This document shows positions 1-10,368 of a DNA stretch of 64,000 nucleotides, piece by piece. The stretch is taken from NCBI GenBank assembly GCA_963796105.1, contig CAWCKJ010000012.1, positions 192,001 to 256,000 on the forward strand, given 5' to 3'. The translations under genes and the position numbers were made by a program. This stretch comes from a candidate division FCPU426 bacterium (lineage in GTDB: Bacteria > Oederibacteriota > Muellerivitia > Muellerivitales > Muellerivitaceae). Within the stretch, counting starts at the first letter, position 1; every line of letters begins with the position of its first letter. Under the pieces are notes generated by a model that saw nothing but the letters and a program-made list of their open reading frames with translations, did no database searches and was not told where the DNA came from.

Positions 1-359
1 GCCGAAAGGGGCGCCCTGTTGATTTTTTGGGCTAAAAGCTTGGCGGTATTGACGATGATCCCTTGTTTTTTCCGGTCGTCTTTCTCATCGGACCAGAAAT
101 GGTCCCGATGGACCCAAAACAGGTCCGGATGGGTTTTATTGAGCACCTGCCTGCAGGAGACACAAATCCCGCAGTCTTTGCCTTGCGAGCAAAACAAGCT
201 CCGGGCCAGGGCCAAAGCGTAGGTTTTCTTGCCGGTTCCGGCTGGGCCCGTCCAAAGAAAGGATTGGACCCCAGGATTTTTCTTTATCCCGAGAAGGATC
301 CGCTGGACCTCGGGCTGGGAATCAAGCATTTCCAAACGGGGAATGACTAAATCAGCCAT
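1..359 (-). CDS. holB: DNA polymerase III delta' subunit, N-terminal part (runs off the window)
   Basis: Manual translation (not in ORF track): MADLVIPRLEMLDSQ...FLWTGPAGTGKKTYALALARSLFC...DCGICVSCRQVLNKTHPDLFWV. Walker-A-like motif, Zn cysteines and HPD motif; directly downstream of tmk. Confidence 0.9.
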   Translation of the reverse strand, partial: MADLVIPRLEMLDSQPEVQRILLGIKKNPGVQSFLWTGPAGTGKKTYALALARSLFCSQGKDCGICVSCRQVLNKTHPDLFWVHRDHFWSDEKDDRKKQGIIVNTAKLLAQKINRAPLS

Positions 360-1012
360 GAAATAGTCTCTTTCTCCATTTGGGCGGAAGACGATGGGAC
401 AAGCCCTGAAATCATATCCTGATAGACGTTTTCCAAGGGTTTCGATCCATCCAGGACCAGGAACCTTTTGGGTTCTTTGCGGGCGATCTCCAGAAAGGCC
501 TTCCGGACTTTTTGATGGAATTGAATTTTCTCTTTTTCCATGCGGTCCTTTCCCCTCCCCCTTTTGGAAACACGCCGGAGGCCCAGGGGCGCTGGCAGGT
601 CCACGAGAATCGTCAGGTCCGGATGAAGGTTCCGCGCGGCGATTTCATTCATTTTGGAGAGAATTTCCATGGAAAATCCCCTTCCGCCGCCTTGATAAGC
701 CAGCGTGGAATCGGTGTAACGGTCGCAAAGAATTACTTTTCCATCGTTTAACGATGGCTGAATGACTTCCCTCACGTGCTGGGCCCTGTCGGCCAGGAAA
801 AGGAACAGCTCAGCCTCGGTGGTCAGCGCGTAATCCAGCCGGTTCAATATCCAATTCCGCAAATGGGTCGAAAGTTTTGACCCCCCCGGCTCCCTTGTTT
901 GCACATTGGAAATCTTTTGCCGGATCAAAAATCTCCGCAAAAGTTTCATTTGCGTCGTTTTTCCGGAGCCTTCCGGGCCCTCAAAAGTAATAAAATATCC
1001 CCTATGCCGCAT
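347..1012 (-). CDS. tmk: Thymidylate kinase
   Basis: FITFEGPEGSGKTTQ, REPGG and CDRYTDSTLAYQGGG motifs. Start set at ATG 1012 after an AGGGAG RBS (ORF track extends to 1039). Confidence 0.95.
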   Translation of the reverse strand: MRHRGYFITFEGPEGSGKTTQMKLLRRFLIRQKISNVQTREPGGSKLSTHLRNWILNRLDYALTTEAELFLFLADRAQHVREVIQPSLNDGKVILCDRYTDSTLAYQGGGRGFSMEILSKMNEIAARNLHPDLTILVDLPAPLGLRRVSKRGRGKDRMEKEKIQFHQKVRKAFLEIARKEPKRFLVLDGSKPLENVYQDMISGLVPSSSAQMEKETISWLI

Positions 1013-1087
1013 TCCGATCAGACTCCCTGGTTCGTTCATGACTGAAGGACATTATCTTACAGCCCCTTGTTGGGCTTTTCCCAAAAT

Positions 1088-1121
1088 AAAAAAAGCCCCG
1101 TTCCATTTCGAAACGGGGCTT
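1088..1121 (-). terminator. Intrinsic terminator after rplL
   Basis: GCCCCGTT/AACGGGGC stem with a 7-T tail on the minus strand. Confidence 0.85.
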
Positions 1122-1135
1122 CGAATTAATGTTTA

Positions 1136-1513
1136 TTACTTAACTTCCAACTCCGCGCCGGAATCCTTGAACTTGGCGAGCATTTGGTCGGCTTCAGCCT
1201 TGGAAATTCCGGTTTTAACGGGTTTCGGGGCTCCATCCACCAAATCCTTGGCTTCCTTGAGTCCCAATCCCGTGACTTCCCGAACCACTTTGATAACGGA
1301 AATCTTGTTTCCGCCGGCGCTCTTCAGGATCACGTCAAAAGAGGTCTTCTCCTCCGCCGCAGCGGCACCCGCTCCGGCGGCTGCCGCGGCCGCGACCGGC
1401 GCCGAGGCTGACACGCCGAACTTGGTCTCAAGAGCCTTGACCAGCTCGTTTAATTCCAGGACGCTCATCTGTTCGATGGACGCGATCAACTCGTCTTTCG
1501 TTAAAGTAGCCAT
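1136..1513 (-). CDS. rplL: 50S ribosomal protein L7/L12
   Basis: [13 protein letters not shown], Ala-rich hinge, [22 protein letters not shown]. Confidence 0.99.
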   Translation of the reverse strand: MATLTKDELIASIEQMSVLELNELVKALETKFGVSASAPVAAAAAAGAGAAAAEEKTSFDVILKSAGGNKISVIKVVREVTGLGLKEAKDLVDGAPKPVKTGISKAEADQMLAKFKDSGAELEVK

Positions 1514-1586
1514 TTTAAACTTCCTCCATTTTTAATTTCTAATGCGTCCCGTTTCCCGACAGGAATTCCGGGACAAGGTGAATAAA

Positions 1587-2132
1587 TTAAGCGGCCTTAG
1601 CCTTCGCTTCCTTGACGGCGTTGAGGGCGTAAACCAGCTTCCGCATGGGCCCGGCCAGGACCTGAACGATTCCCGTTACCGGCGACATCATGCTTCCAAG
1701 CATCTTCGCTAAAAGCTCCTCACGGCTGGGCAGGTTCGCGAGTATCTTGATTTCCTGCACCGTGATTTTCCGGCCATCCATCCAGCCGCCCTTCAAAACC
1801 AGCTTTGCGTGCTCCTTGGCGAACTTGGAAAGAACCCTGGCTGGCGCCACGGCGTCCCCCTTCGCGAGGGCGATAGCCGTAGGGCCGACCAAAAGATCGT
1901 CCAACGCGTTGATATTGGCCTTGTTCAGCGCCAAACGCGCCAAGTTGTTTTTGACAACATGGTACTCAACGTTGGCCTTGAATAACTGGGCCCGCAATTG
2001 GGTGACTTCCTCCACCGTTAAACCGGTGTAGCCGGTCACCACCGCCGACTTGGATGACTGGACCTGTCCGGTGAGTTTCTCGATGACCGCGACCTTCTCA
2101 GGCAGGGGTACGCTTCTTTTAAAATCAACCAT
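1587..2132 (-). CDS. rplJ: 50S ribosomal protein L10
   Basis: GLTV...LR...VVKNNL, GPTAIA, LANLPSREELLA. Start uncertain (ATG 2132 or GTG 2144). Confidence 0.97.
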   Translation of the reverse strand: MVDFKRSVPLPEKVAVIEKLTGQVQSSKSAVVTGYTGLTVEEVTQLRAQLFKANVEYHVVKNNLARLALNKANINALDDLLVGPTAIALAKGDAVAPARVLSKFAKEHAKLVLKGGWMDGRKITVQEIKILANLPSREELLAKMLGSMMSPVTGIVQVLAGPMRKLVYALNAVKEAKAKAA

Positions 2133-2202
2133 TACAATCACCACCCTTCTTCCTTAATGAGTGATAAAACTGGGGAGGGTTGGGATCTTGATTCCTCAAG
2201 AT

Positions 2203-2345
2203 AAAAAAAAACCCCTCACCCGAAACGACCGGATGAAAGGTATGAAATAACCTAAAATTTCCGGATCATCTCGGCGGGAATGATTAAGACTTTTTGCCCC
2301 ATCATGAGCGGCAAAAAATCACCCGCTGTCTTCGACATCCCTACA
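2203..2345 (-). promoter_or_regulatory. L10 leader (rplJL autoregulatory RNA) with attenuator hairpin
   Basis: Minus strand reads CGAAGACAGCGGG...TTAAT...CCCGCCGAG (L10-leader-like core), followed by hairpin CCTTTCATCCGG...CGGGTGAGGGG and T8, just upstream of rplJ. Confidence 0.8.
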
Positions 2346-2469
2346 CGCCGGGAGAATATACTTAATTTTCCCAGCGGCTTACAAGATTAAAACTTAACCT
2401 ACCCAAGAAAACCCACATTTCCAAGCAACAGCAGCCTTCTTGGTATACTTCTTAAAGCCCGGATCTCAA

Positions 2470-3183
2470 TTACTGGTTCTTGACTGTCCTAGTGTACTCG
2501 GTCGTGTCCAACTTGATCCCAGGCCCCATGCTGGAGGATAAATGCGCTGAAATCAGGTAAGTTCCCTTGGCTGACGCGGGTTTTACGGATACTAAAGTCT
2601 TAATCAAGGTATCAGCGTTTCCCTGGATTTGGCTCTCGGTGAATTGAATCTTGCCGATACCAGTATGGCAAATTCCCTGGTCATCCACGCGGTATTCTAT
2701 TTTACCGGCCTTGATTTCCTTAACCGCCCGGGCGACGTCGGGGGTGACCGTGCCGGCTTTGGGATTTGGCATTAACCCTTTAGGCCCCAAAACTTTTCCT
2801 AATTTTCCAGTTTCCCTCATGATATCCGGGGTCGCGACTAAAACGTCAAAATCCAGGAAACCACCGGCGATCTTCTCGATCAAATCGCTGTCTCCGGCAA
2901 TATCGGCGCCCGCGGCTTCCGCTTCCTTCACTTTCTCGCCCTTGGCCAGAACAGCCACCTTGAGGGTATTACCGGTTCCATGGGGCAATGAAACTGTCCC
3001 GCGGACCTGTTGGTCGGCTTTTTTGGGGTCAACACCGAGCTTGATGTGCAATTCAATTGTTTCGTTGAACTTTGCCGGGGCGGCTTTCTTGATAAGCGCG
3101 ACGGCTTCGGCGAGGGGATACGCTTTTGTCTTGTCAATCAGCTCAATATTTTTCCTATGACGCTTGCTGGCTTTCTTACCCAT
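2470..3183 (-). CDS. rplA: 50S ribosomal protein L1
   Basis: [53 protein letters not shown] 3183 follows a GGAGG RBS. Confidence 0.99.
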   Translation of the reverse strand: MGKKASKRHRKNIELIDKTKAYPLAEAVALIKKAAPAKFNETIELHIKLGVDPKKADQQVRGTVSLPHGTGNTLKVAVLAKGEKVKEAEAAGADIAGDSDLIEKIAGGFLDFDVLVATPDIMRETGKLGKVLGPKGLMPNPKAGTVTPDVARAVKEIKAGKIEYRVDDQGICHTGIGKIQFTESQIQGNADTLIKTLVSVKPASAKGTYLISAHLSSSMGPGIKLDTTEYTRTVKNQ

Positions 3184-3195
3184 CAGATTCCTCCC

Positions 3196-3234
3196 GTGGT
3201 TCAAACGTCCCGCCTTTTCGGGCAGGACTCCCAC
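3196..3234 (-). promoter_or_regulatory. Putative L1-binding autoregulatory site
   Basis: GTGGGAG...hairpin...AACCAC immediately before the rplA RBS, resembling the L1 target motif. Confidence 0.6.
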
Positions 3235-3312
3235 AGATTAATTTAATTTTCCGGCTATCTTCGCGACTTTTTAAACACATGAGCCAATTACAAAAACCTT
3301 GTGAAACAAACC

Positions 3313-3738
3313 TTACTTTTGGACCTCAATGCCCATGCTTCTTGCGGTTCCTTCCACCATACGGATCGCGGAATCGAGCTTCTGCGCGTTCAAATCAGGC
3401 ATTTTGGTTTTCGCGATTTCCATGACTTGTTGCGGTGTGACTTTCCCGACTTTTTGTTTATTCGGAACCGGGGACCCTTTGGCCAGGCCCGCCGCTTTAA
3501 GAAGGAGAACCGAAGCCGGGGGGGTTTTAGTCACGAACGTGAACGATCTGTCCTTATAAATGGATATGACTACGGGTATGATTAATCCCTCTTGTTTTTG
3601 GGTCGCGGCGTTGAATTGCTTGCAGAATTCCATGATATTAACGCCATGCTGGCCCAAAGCCGGCCCCACCGGCGGCGCCGGATTCGCTTTTCCGGCTGGA
3701 ATCTGAAGTTTCACAAGAGCGTTTATTTCTTTTGCCAT
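3313..3738 (-). CDS. rplK: 50S ribosomal protein L11
   Basis: [34 protein letters not shown]. Confidence 0.99.
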   Translation of the reverse strand: MAKEINALVKLQIPAGKANPAPPVGPALGQHGVNIMEFCKQFNAATQKQEGLIIPVVISIYKDRSFTFVTKTPPASVLLLKAAGLAKGSPVPNKQKVGKVTPQQVMEIAKTKMPDLNAQKLDSAIRMVEGTARSMGIEVQK

Positions 3739-3809
3739 GACCTTTTCCTAATCATCCTTTTTATTTTTTAGCCGTTCTTTCCGATTCCGAACGCAAGGCT
3801 AAAATGACT

Positions 3810-4340
3810 TTATTCCTTTTCGATTTGGTGGAATTCCAATTCCACGGGGGTTTGACGGCCGAAGATGGTTACCATGACCTTCACCCGTTCCCTTTCAGGA
3901 TTGATTTCTTCCACGGAGCCTGAAAAATTCGAGAACGGACCGTCCATCACCTTGACCAAATCGCCCTTTTCAAACTGGCTCTTGAGGGCCCGGCGTTCCC
4001 GGCGTTTTCCGATATGCTCCAAAATAGCGGTGACTTCCTCATCTGGCAGGGGAATGGGCTTATTTCCCGATCCCACGAAACTTGTCACTTTGGGGGTGTT
4101 CCTGACAACGGACCAGGAATTCTCGTCCATATCCATTTCCACCAGGATATAACCTGGGAAAAATTTCTTGTTCAGTACCCTCTTCTTGCCCCCCCTTGTT
4201 TCCGTCACTTCTTCCGAGGGAATCAGGATCTGGAAGATCTTCTCCTCCATTTTCATGCTTTTGATCCGGTTTTCGAGGTTTGTTTTCACCTTTGACTCAT
4301 ACCCGGAATAAGTGTTGATGACGTACCAGCGTTTTGCCAT
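3810..4340 (-). CDS. nusG: Transcription termination/antitermination factor NusG
   Basis: WYVINTYSGYE, FPGYILVEM, KOW domain DGPFSNFSG, IFGRQTPVEL. Confidence 0.99.
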   Translation of the reverse strand: MAKRWYVINTYSGYESKVKTNLENRIKSMKMEEKIFQILIPSEEVTETRGGKKRVLNKKFFPGYILVEMDMDENSWSVVRNTPKVTSFVGSGNKPIPLPDEEVTAILEHIGKRRERRALKSQFEKGDLVKVMDGPFSNFSGSVEEINPERERVKVMVTIFGRQTPVELEFHQIEKE

Positions 4341-4360
4341 TTCGAGGATTCCCTCTCCTT

Positions 4361-4546
4361 TTATTTAACGATCAGCTTCATCAGGTTGCTGATGATTAGG
4401 TCGTAAACTGCCAATAATACCATCACAAACCCGATGGTGACGCATACGACGGAGGTCGAGCCCTTGATTTCCTCAAGGGACGGCCAGGAAATTTTTTTAA
4501 ATTCCGCCCTGGCTTCCGCATAAAACTGTCTTAATTGTTGTAACAT
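4361..4546 (-). CDS. secE: Preprotein translocase SecE
   Basis: EFKKISWPS plus one transmembrane helix; lies between tRNA-Trp and nusG. Confidence 0.93.
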   Translation of the reverse strand: MLQQLRQFYAEARAEFKKISWPSLEEIKGSTSVVCVTIGFVMVLLAVYDLIISNLMKLIVK

Positions 4547-4579
4547 TCCTCACCCTTCAAAAAGTGCTTGCGATCTGGA

Positions 4580-4655
4580 TGGCAGGGCAGGCAGGATTCG
4601 AACCTGCAACGCGCGGTTTTGGAGACCGCCGCTCTACCGTTAGAGCTACTGCCCT
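4580..4655 (-). tRNA. tRNA-Trp (CCA)
   Basis: AGGGCAGTAGCTCTAACGGTAGAGCGGCGGTCTCCAAAACCGC...GGTTCGAATCC...GCCCTGCCA cloverleaf. Confidence 0.97.
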
Positions 4656-4715
4656 ATGGAAAAGCTTTGAAACGCCATATGCGTAAAATCCCAAAATGAT
4701 CTTATGGGTTTTCCC

Positions 4716-4865
4716 TCATTTCGTTTCTTTGTGCAGGGTATGCTTTCGGCACCACCTGCAATATTTCTTAACTTCCAGCTTATCCGGGGTTTTGCGTTTG
4801 TCCCGGGTTTTATTGTAGTTTCTCCGCTTGCAATCCGAGCAAGCCAATGTTATTTGCTCTCGCAT
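4716..4865 (-). CDS. rpmG: 50S ribosomal protein L33 (Zn-binding C+ type, 49 aa)
   Basis: Manual translation [49 protein letters not shown] (not in ORF track). Confidence 0.97.
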   Translation of the reverse strand: MREQITLACSDCKRRNYNKTRDKRKTPDKLEVKKYCRWCRKHTLHKETK

Positions 4866-4894
4866 CCAATTTCCTTATTGAGCCAGACTTTAAC

Positions 4895-6085
<1,191 letters not shown>

Positions 6086-6127
6086 TTATTCGCCTCCCGG
6101 ATGTTTAAATACAACCTTTTCATGTAA

Positions 6128-6203
<76 letters not shown>

Positions 6204-6224
6204 GGGGATATTGCAAGAATAGGT

Positions 6225-6252
6225 ATTTTACGTTTCACCCCCCCTCTGTCAA
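6225..6252 (-). promoter_or_regulatory. Sigma70-type promoter for tRNA-Thr-tuf
   Basis: TTGACA-16 nt-TAAAAT upstream of tRNA-Thr(GGT). Confidence 0.7.
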
Positions 6253-6334
6253 GGAGAAAGGGCTGAAAAAAGGCCGTTTTACCGATGCAAGTCCAACAAT
6301 TCCAACCTAAGCTTTGCCGTCCAATTTACCGCCT

Positions 6335-7732
6335 TTAACCTTTTCCATGGGGATCCACCAGTACTCCAAGTTTCACCAGTTGATTGTATTTTTCCTCAGT
6401 AAGCAGTTTTTTTTCTAAAACGACTTTTTTGATGGTCAAGCCTTCCCGCATCGCCTCTTTTACGACTTCCGCGGCTTTTTCATATCCTATGACGGGATTC
6501 AAAGCGGTCGCGATGGACAAACTTTTCTCCGCCAATTCCTGGCAGCGTTTTAGATCGGCTTTGATCCCTATCACGCATTTCTCCTCAAACACCAGGAGCA
6601 TCCGGGTCAACAGCAGGATGGCTTGATTAAAGTTGTACGCGATGACTGGCATCATCACGTTTAATTCCAGCTGGCCCGCCTGGGCCGCGAATACCAGCGT
6701 CGTATCATGCCCTAAAACCTGAAAACAAACCATGTTGAGGCATTCCGCCATCACCGGATTCACCTTACCCGGCATAATTGAGGAGCCTGGTTGCATAGTG
6801 GGAAGAATGATTTCCCCAAAACCAGTCGCGGGACCGCTGGTCATGAGCCTAAAATCATTCGCGATCCGAATGAGATCCAAGGCTAGGTTGCGCAGCGTGT
6901 TTGAAACGGATACAACCGGCGCCATGCTTTGCATGGCTTCAAACAAGTTCGGATGACTTTTCAAACGCAGACCCGTCTGCTCCGATAGAAGCCTTGCCAT
7001 GGATTTAGAGTATTGGGGATGGGTATTCAATCCTGAACCCACGGCGGAACCGCCGATTCCCAGTTCCTCCAGGTCTTTCGAGGCGTTTTGGATCCTGACG
7101 AAATGCCGTTTCAAGTTTTCACCGTAAGCCGTGAATTCCTGGCCAAGGGTGACAGGCGCGGCATCCTGCAGATGGGTTCTTCCCGATTTGAAAGCTCGCT
7201 TGAATTCATTGCCTTTTATAAAAAAGGTTTTAGAGAGTTTATTGAGGGCGGGCAAAAGATCACGAATCAACATCAAGCCGGAGAGGCGGATTGCGGTAGG
7301 GATCACATCGTTTGTCGATTGGCCCATATTGACGTGGTCATTCGGGTGAATTTGTTTGTAATCGCCGCGTTTTCCTCCGAGCATTTCGATGGCCCTGTTT
7401 GCCAAAACCTCGTTCGTGTTCATGTTATGGCTGGTGCCGGCGCCGGCTTGGTAAACATCGACGACGAATTGGTCAATCCACCGGTCATTTTTCAGGATTT
7501 CATCAGCCGCCTTGATAATGGCTTTGCTTTTTTTCTTATCCAGCCAACCCGCCTTGCCGTGAAATCGCGCCGCGGCCTTCTTGATGTGGACTGTGGCTTG
7601 AATAAAAACCTTGTTGGGTTTTATCCCGCTGATTGGAAAATTTTGGATCGCTCTTTGAGTTTGAACTCCCCAGAGGGCCTCGCTTGGAACTTTTAAATCG
7701 CCGATAGAGTCATGTTCAATGCGGAAATTCAT
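6335..7732 (-). CDS. Aspartate ammonia-lyase / class II fumarate hydratase family
   Basis: GSSIMPGKVNP signature, GRTHLQDA, HPNDHVNMGQSTND. aspA versus fumC cannot be resolved by eye. ATG 7732 follows GGAGG. Confidence 0.9.
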   Translation of the reverse strand: MNFRIEHDSIGDLKVPSEALWGVQTQRAIQNFPISGIKPNKVFIQATVHIKKAAARFHGKAGWLDKKKSKAIIKAADEILKNDRWIDQFVVDVYQAGAGTSHNMNTNEVLANRAIEMLGGKRGDYKQIHPNDHVNMGQSTNDVIPTAIRLSGLMLIRDLLPALNKLSKTFFIKGNEFKRAFKSGRTHLQDAAPVTLGQEFTAYGENLKRHFVRIQNASKDLEELGIGGSAVGSGLNTHPQYSKSMARLLSEQTGLRLKSHPNLFEAMQSMAPVVSVSNTLRNLALDLIRIANDFRLMTSGPATGFGEIILPTMQPGSSIMPGKVNPVMAECLNMVCFQVLGHDTTLVFAAQAGQLELNVMMPVIAYNFNQAILLLTRMLLVFEEKCVIGIKADLKRCQELAEKSLSIATALNPVIGYEKAAEVVKEAMREGLTIKKVVLEKKLLTEEKYNQLVKLGVLVDPHGKG

Positions 7733-7910
7733 AGAATACCTCCCCATGCATTCCTAAAATCATTAAAACAATAATAACGACATGTGAACATTATTTTGAA
7801 AGATTGTGGAAACTTTTAAAACACTGGAACGCACCCGAAAGAATTGAAAATCCTCATATTCAATACACATCATTTCTAAGGCCTATTTCAGAATTATAAA
7901 ATCGGGGGTC

Positions 7911-9710
7911 CTAAAGGTTTTTAGTGATGAATTGGAAAAGGGCTTTGGCCGCGTCCTCCGGACCGCTATTTTCAAATCCGGAGATTCCCAAGCGGGTCCT
8001 GAGTTGGCCGACTTTTTTCCCGGTTTTCAACAAATGGCCCACGAATTTCTCGGCCAAGGCCTCATGAAGTTTTTTCTTTTGCGGGGCGCCAAAAGGATTG
8101 GCGAAATAAGTATGGGTCAAGCCTTTCTCATCAGTGGTTCCTTTGGCTAACCTGGCCCCGCTTGAGAACACTTGAATGATTTGTTGGGGATCAGTCATGA
8201 TTTCTAAAATCGGGTGTTCCTCATCCACATTGTCGTAATTGTTCGCGTAAAGGAACATATCGACGGGATATCCCGCCACGACATGCCGGTAGTCGGTGAT
8301 CGGCATGACCAGACGGGCGTTACCCAAATGGGGATTCATGAAAACCGAACGGTCAATTTCAATATAAGCGTACCCGGGATTGAGGTCGTCCAATCGGATA
8401 AAGGCGCCGATCTCCGTGCCGCGGGCTAGGATATTTCCATCCGGGCCGAAGGTCAGGGATCCCATGTCATCAAAAATGACCGTTATTTGGCGAATATACT
8501 GGCTTGCTAACACTCGAAACGCCTCTAGTGACTCGGACTTGCCTGCCCCGGAATCACCCACGATTACCACATGAGCGCTTTTCCCGGATTTCAAGTCGAT
8601 CTTCGCCATGGCCCCATGGATGGGAAGGTTTCCCCGCTCGATCATGATTAAATTGTGAATCGTCAAGGCGGTCTTCTTGAAATACCCGAAATAATCAACA
8701 TCGGTCAGGTGGTAGGCGACAGCCCCCACTATCATGTCGTTTTGCTTGTCCTCGTAAAAACCCACCAACTGGTTATTCATGAGGGATGGGTCAACCCCAA
8801 AAAGCATGATCCCATCCGGTTTGCGGTTGGAAATTTCCTCGGCGCCCGCGAGCTCGAAAAGGTTGGAAAGCCCGGCCGCGTGTGAAACGAAATTCTTATG
8901 GAAATAAATAAAAACGATAAGGTTTCCTATTTTAGCCGGGAAACATAGCCAGCGAGTCGGGTCCAATCCAATGGTTTCCAATGGATTTTTGGCTAGCGAG
9001 TTGAACTTCCCTTTCCGCTTATTGCTTTTTGTGTAGTAAATCAAGGGCGGATAAATGAGGGATAAACGGATGAAGGGAATATTTTTTAATTTTTGGTAGA
9101 AATCAGGGGGGCAATTCCAGGGAATTTTTTCAGCCAGAAGGGCCATTCCAACACCCGATGGAATTTGCCGGTAAACCTTAAACCAATCCCCCACAACATG
9201 GGCGCAAATCAACCTGTAGGTATTCAAAACCAGGAGCTTAAACTGCTCGTTTGCCTGGATGAATATTTGGTAGTAATCCTTCAGCTCGATGCTTCCATGC
9301 TGCTCTTCCCGGTCGTAGATAACAAAACGTTCCCGTCTTCTCCAGTAGGTATAAAGCTCCTCGATGAAATCCTTCAAAACCACGCGATTGATGTTCGCCA
9401 ATGCTTTTTCGCTTGTTTCCTTATCCAAGAGATTTTTAAAAAAAGACGCGATTTTCCGGCTGTCGAACTCATCCCCCGTCTTGAAATCCTTCACGCAAGA
9501 TAATAAAGGGGATTCTTGGCTGGAGAGTTCTGCCAGGTAATGATGAAGAATCAGCTTAAAGGCGTCGCTGGAAAGGAATTCCTCGGATGTTTTGCATAAC
9601 CCCGGATGACCGTATAACAAAACGCGGTTATCCATAAATTCGTTGATTTCAATGACCGGATTGGGGTTACCGGGAATGTCCGAAACGGATATTTCTTTTT
9701 CCGAGTGCAT
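7911..9710 (-). CDS. Atypical phosphoenolpyruvate carboxykinase-like P-loop protein
   Basis: YFGYFKK, PIHGAM (metal His), GDSGAGKSE (kinase-1a), IFDDMG (kinase-2), GTEIGAF and NAR motifs in PEPCK order. Confidence 0.7.
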   Translation of the reverse strand: MHSEKEISVSDIPGNPNPVIEINEFMDNRVLLYGHPGLCKTSEEFLSSDAFKLILHHYLAELSSQESPLLSCVKDFKTGDEFDSRKIASFFKNLLDKETSEKALANINRVVLKDFIEELYTYWRRRERFVIYDREEQHGSIELKDYYQIFIQANEQFKLLVLNTYRLICAHVVGDWFKVYRQIPSGVGMALLAEKIPWNCPPDFYQKLKNIPFIRLSLIYPPLIYYTKSNKRKGKFNSLAKNPLETIGLDPTRWLCFPAKIGNLIVFIYFHKNFVSHAAGLSNLFELAGAEEISNRKPDGIMLFGVDPSLMNNQLVGFYEDKQNDMIVGAVAYHLTDVDYFGYFKKTALTIHNLIMIERGNLPIHGAMAKIDLKSGKSAHVVIVGDSGAGKSESLEAFRVLASQYIRQITVIFDDMGSLTFGPDGNILARGTEIGAFIRLDDLNPGYAYIEIDRSVFMNPHLGNARLVMPITDYRHVVAGYPVDMFLYANNYDNVDEEHPILEIMTDPQQIIQVFSSGARLAKGTTDEKGLTHTYFANPFGAPQKKKLHEALAEKFVGHLLKTGKKVGQLRTRLGISGFENSGPEDAAKALFQFITKNL

Positions 9711-9797
9711 GATGAGTACCTTTTAAACTCCTAAGAAATTTGGGAATGAATCCTTTTTCTTTATCCTTTCCTCATGAAAGAGGAAGGAGATAAAAAA

Positions 9798-9872
9798 TGG
9801 AGCGGGAGACCGGATTCGAACCGGCGACGTCCACCTTGGAAGGGTGGCATTCTACCACTGAATTACTCCCGC
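9798..9872 (-). tRNA. tRNA-Gly (TCC)
   Basis: GCGGGAGTAATTCAGTGGTAGAATGCCACCCTTCCAAGGTGG...GGTTCGAATCC...CCCGCTCCA. Confidence 0.97.
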
Positions 9873-9914
9873 CTTTTGGGTCAATCTATCTTAAAGCGGA
9901 TTGAAAAGTAAAGA

Positions 9915-10001
9915 TGGTGGACAGGGAAGGATTCGAACCTTCGAAGGCCGTCGGCCGGCAGATTTACAGTCTGCTCCCATTGACCACTCGGGCACCTGTC
10001 C
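9915..10001 (-). tRNA. tRNA-Tyr (GTA)
   Basis: GGACAGGTGCCCGAGTGGTCAATGGGAGCAGACTGTAAATCTGC, long variable arm, GGTTCGAATCC, ends ACCA. Confidence 0.97.
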
Positions 10002-10120
10002 ATTTTTCACTTATAATTACCCGCATAACCTTTAATACCGATAATAAAATTTAAATAATTTACCAAAAAAGGTTTCTGGCTTCTCGGAAATTTCCCCCTT
10101 CTCCATTTTTTTAAAAATGA

Positions 10121-10196
10121 TGGAGCTGGCGACCGGAATCGGACCGGTGACCTGCCGCTTACAAGGCGGCTGCTCTACCAACTGAGCTACGCCAGC
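10121..10196 (-). tRNA. tRNA-Thr (TGT)
   Basis: GCTGGCGTAGCTCAGTTGGTAGAGCAGCCGCCTTGTAAGCGGC...ACCGGTCCGATTCCGGT...CAGCTCCA. Confidence 0.95.
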
Positions 10197-10323
10197 CCGT
10201 GGTATGCCGTTTGGATACCCATTCAGCATGCATAACCGCAACGATTTTAACCAGCCTGAATAAAGCCTTGCCTAAAAACCCTTCAAGCCTGTGAAGTGCT
10301 CAAAACCCAACAAAGGAAAAGGG

Positions 10324-10352
10324 ATTATAGAAGTGGCCCATAAGCCCGTCAA
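10324..10352 (-). promoter_or_regulatory. Sigma70-type promoter of the tRNA Thr-Tyr-Gly cluster
   Basis: TTGACG-17 nt-TATAAT. Confidence 0.75.
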
Positions 10353-10368
10353 GCAAGCCCGCTTGATT

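Noticed and set aside
347..420. Possible frameshift at the tmk 3' end (alternative tail IQGLSHRLPPKWRKRLFHG)
   Set aside because: Both frames end within a few bases of the holB start and the catalytic domain is complete. Undecidable without reads.
10032..10241. 69-aa ORF
   Set aside because: It overlaps tRNA-Thr(TGT) and is a translation of the tRNA sequence.
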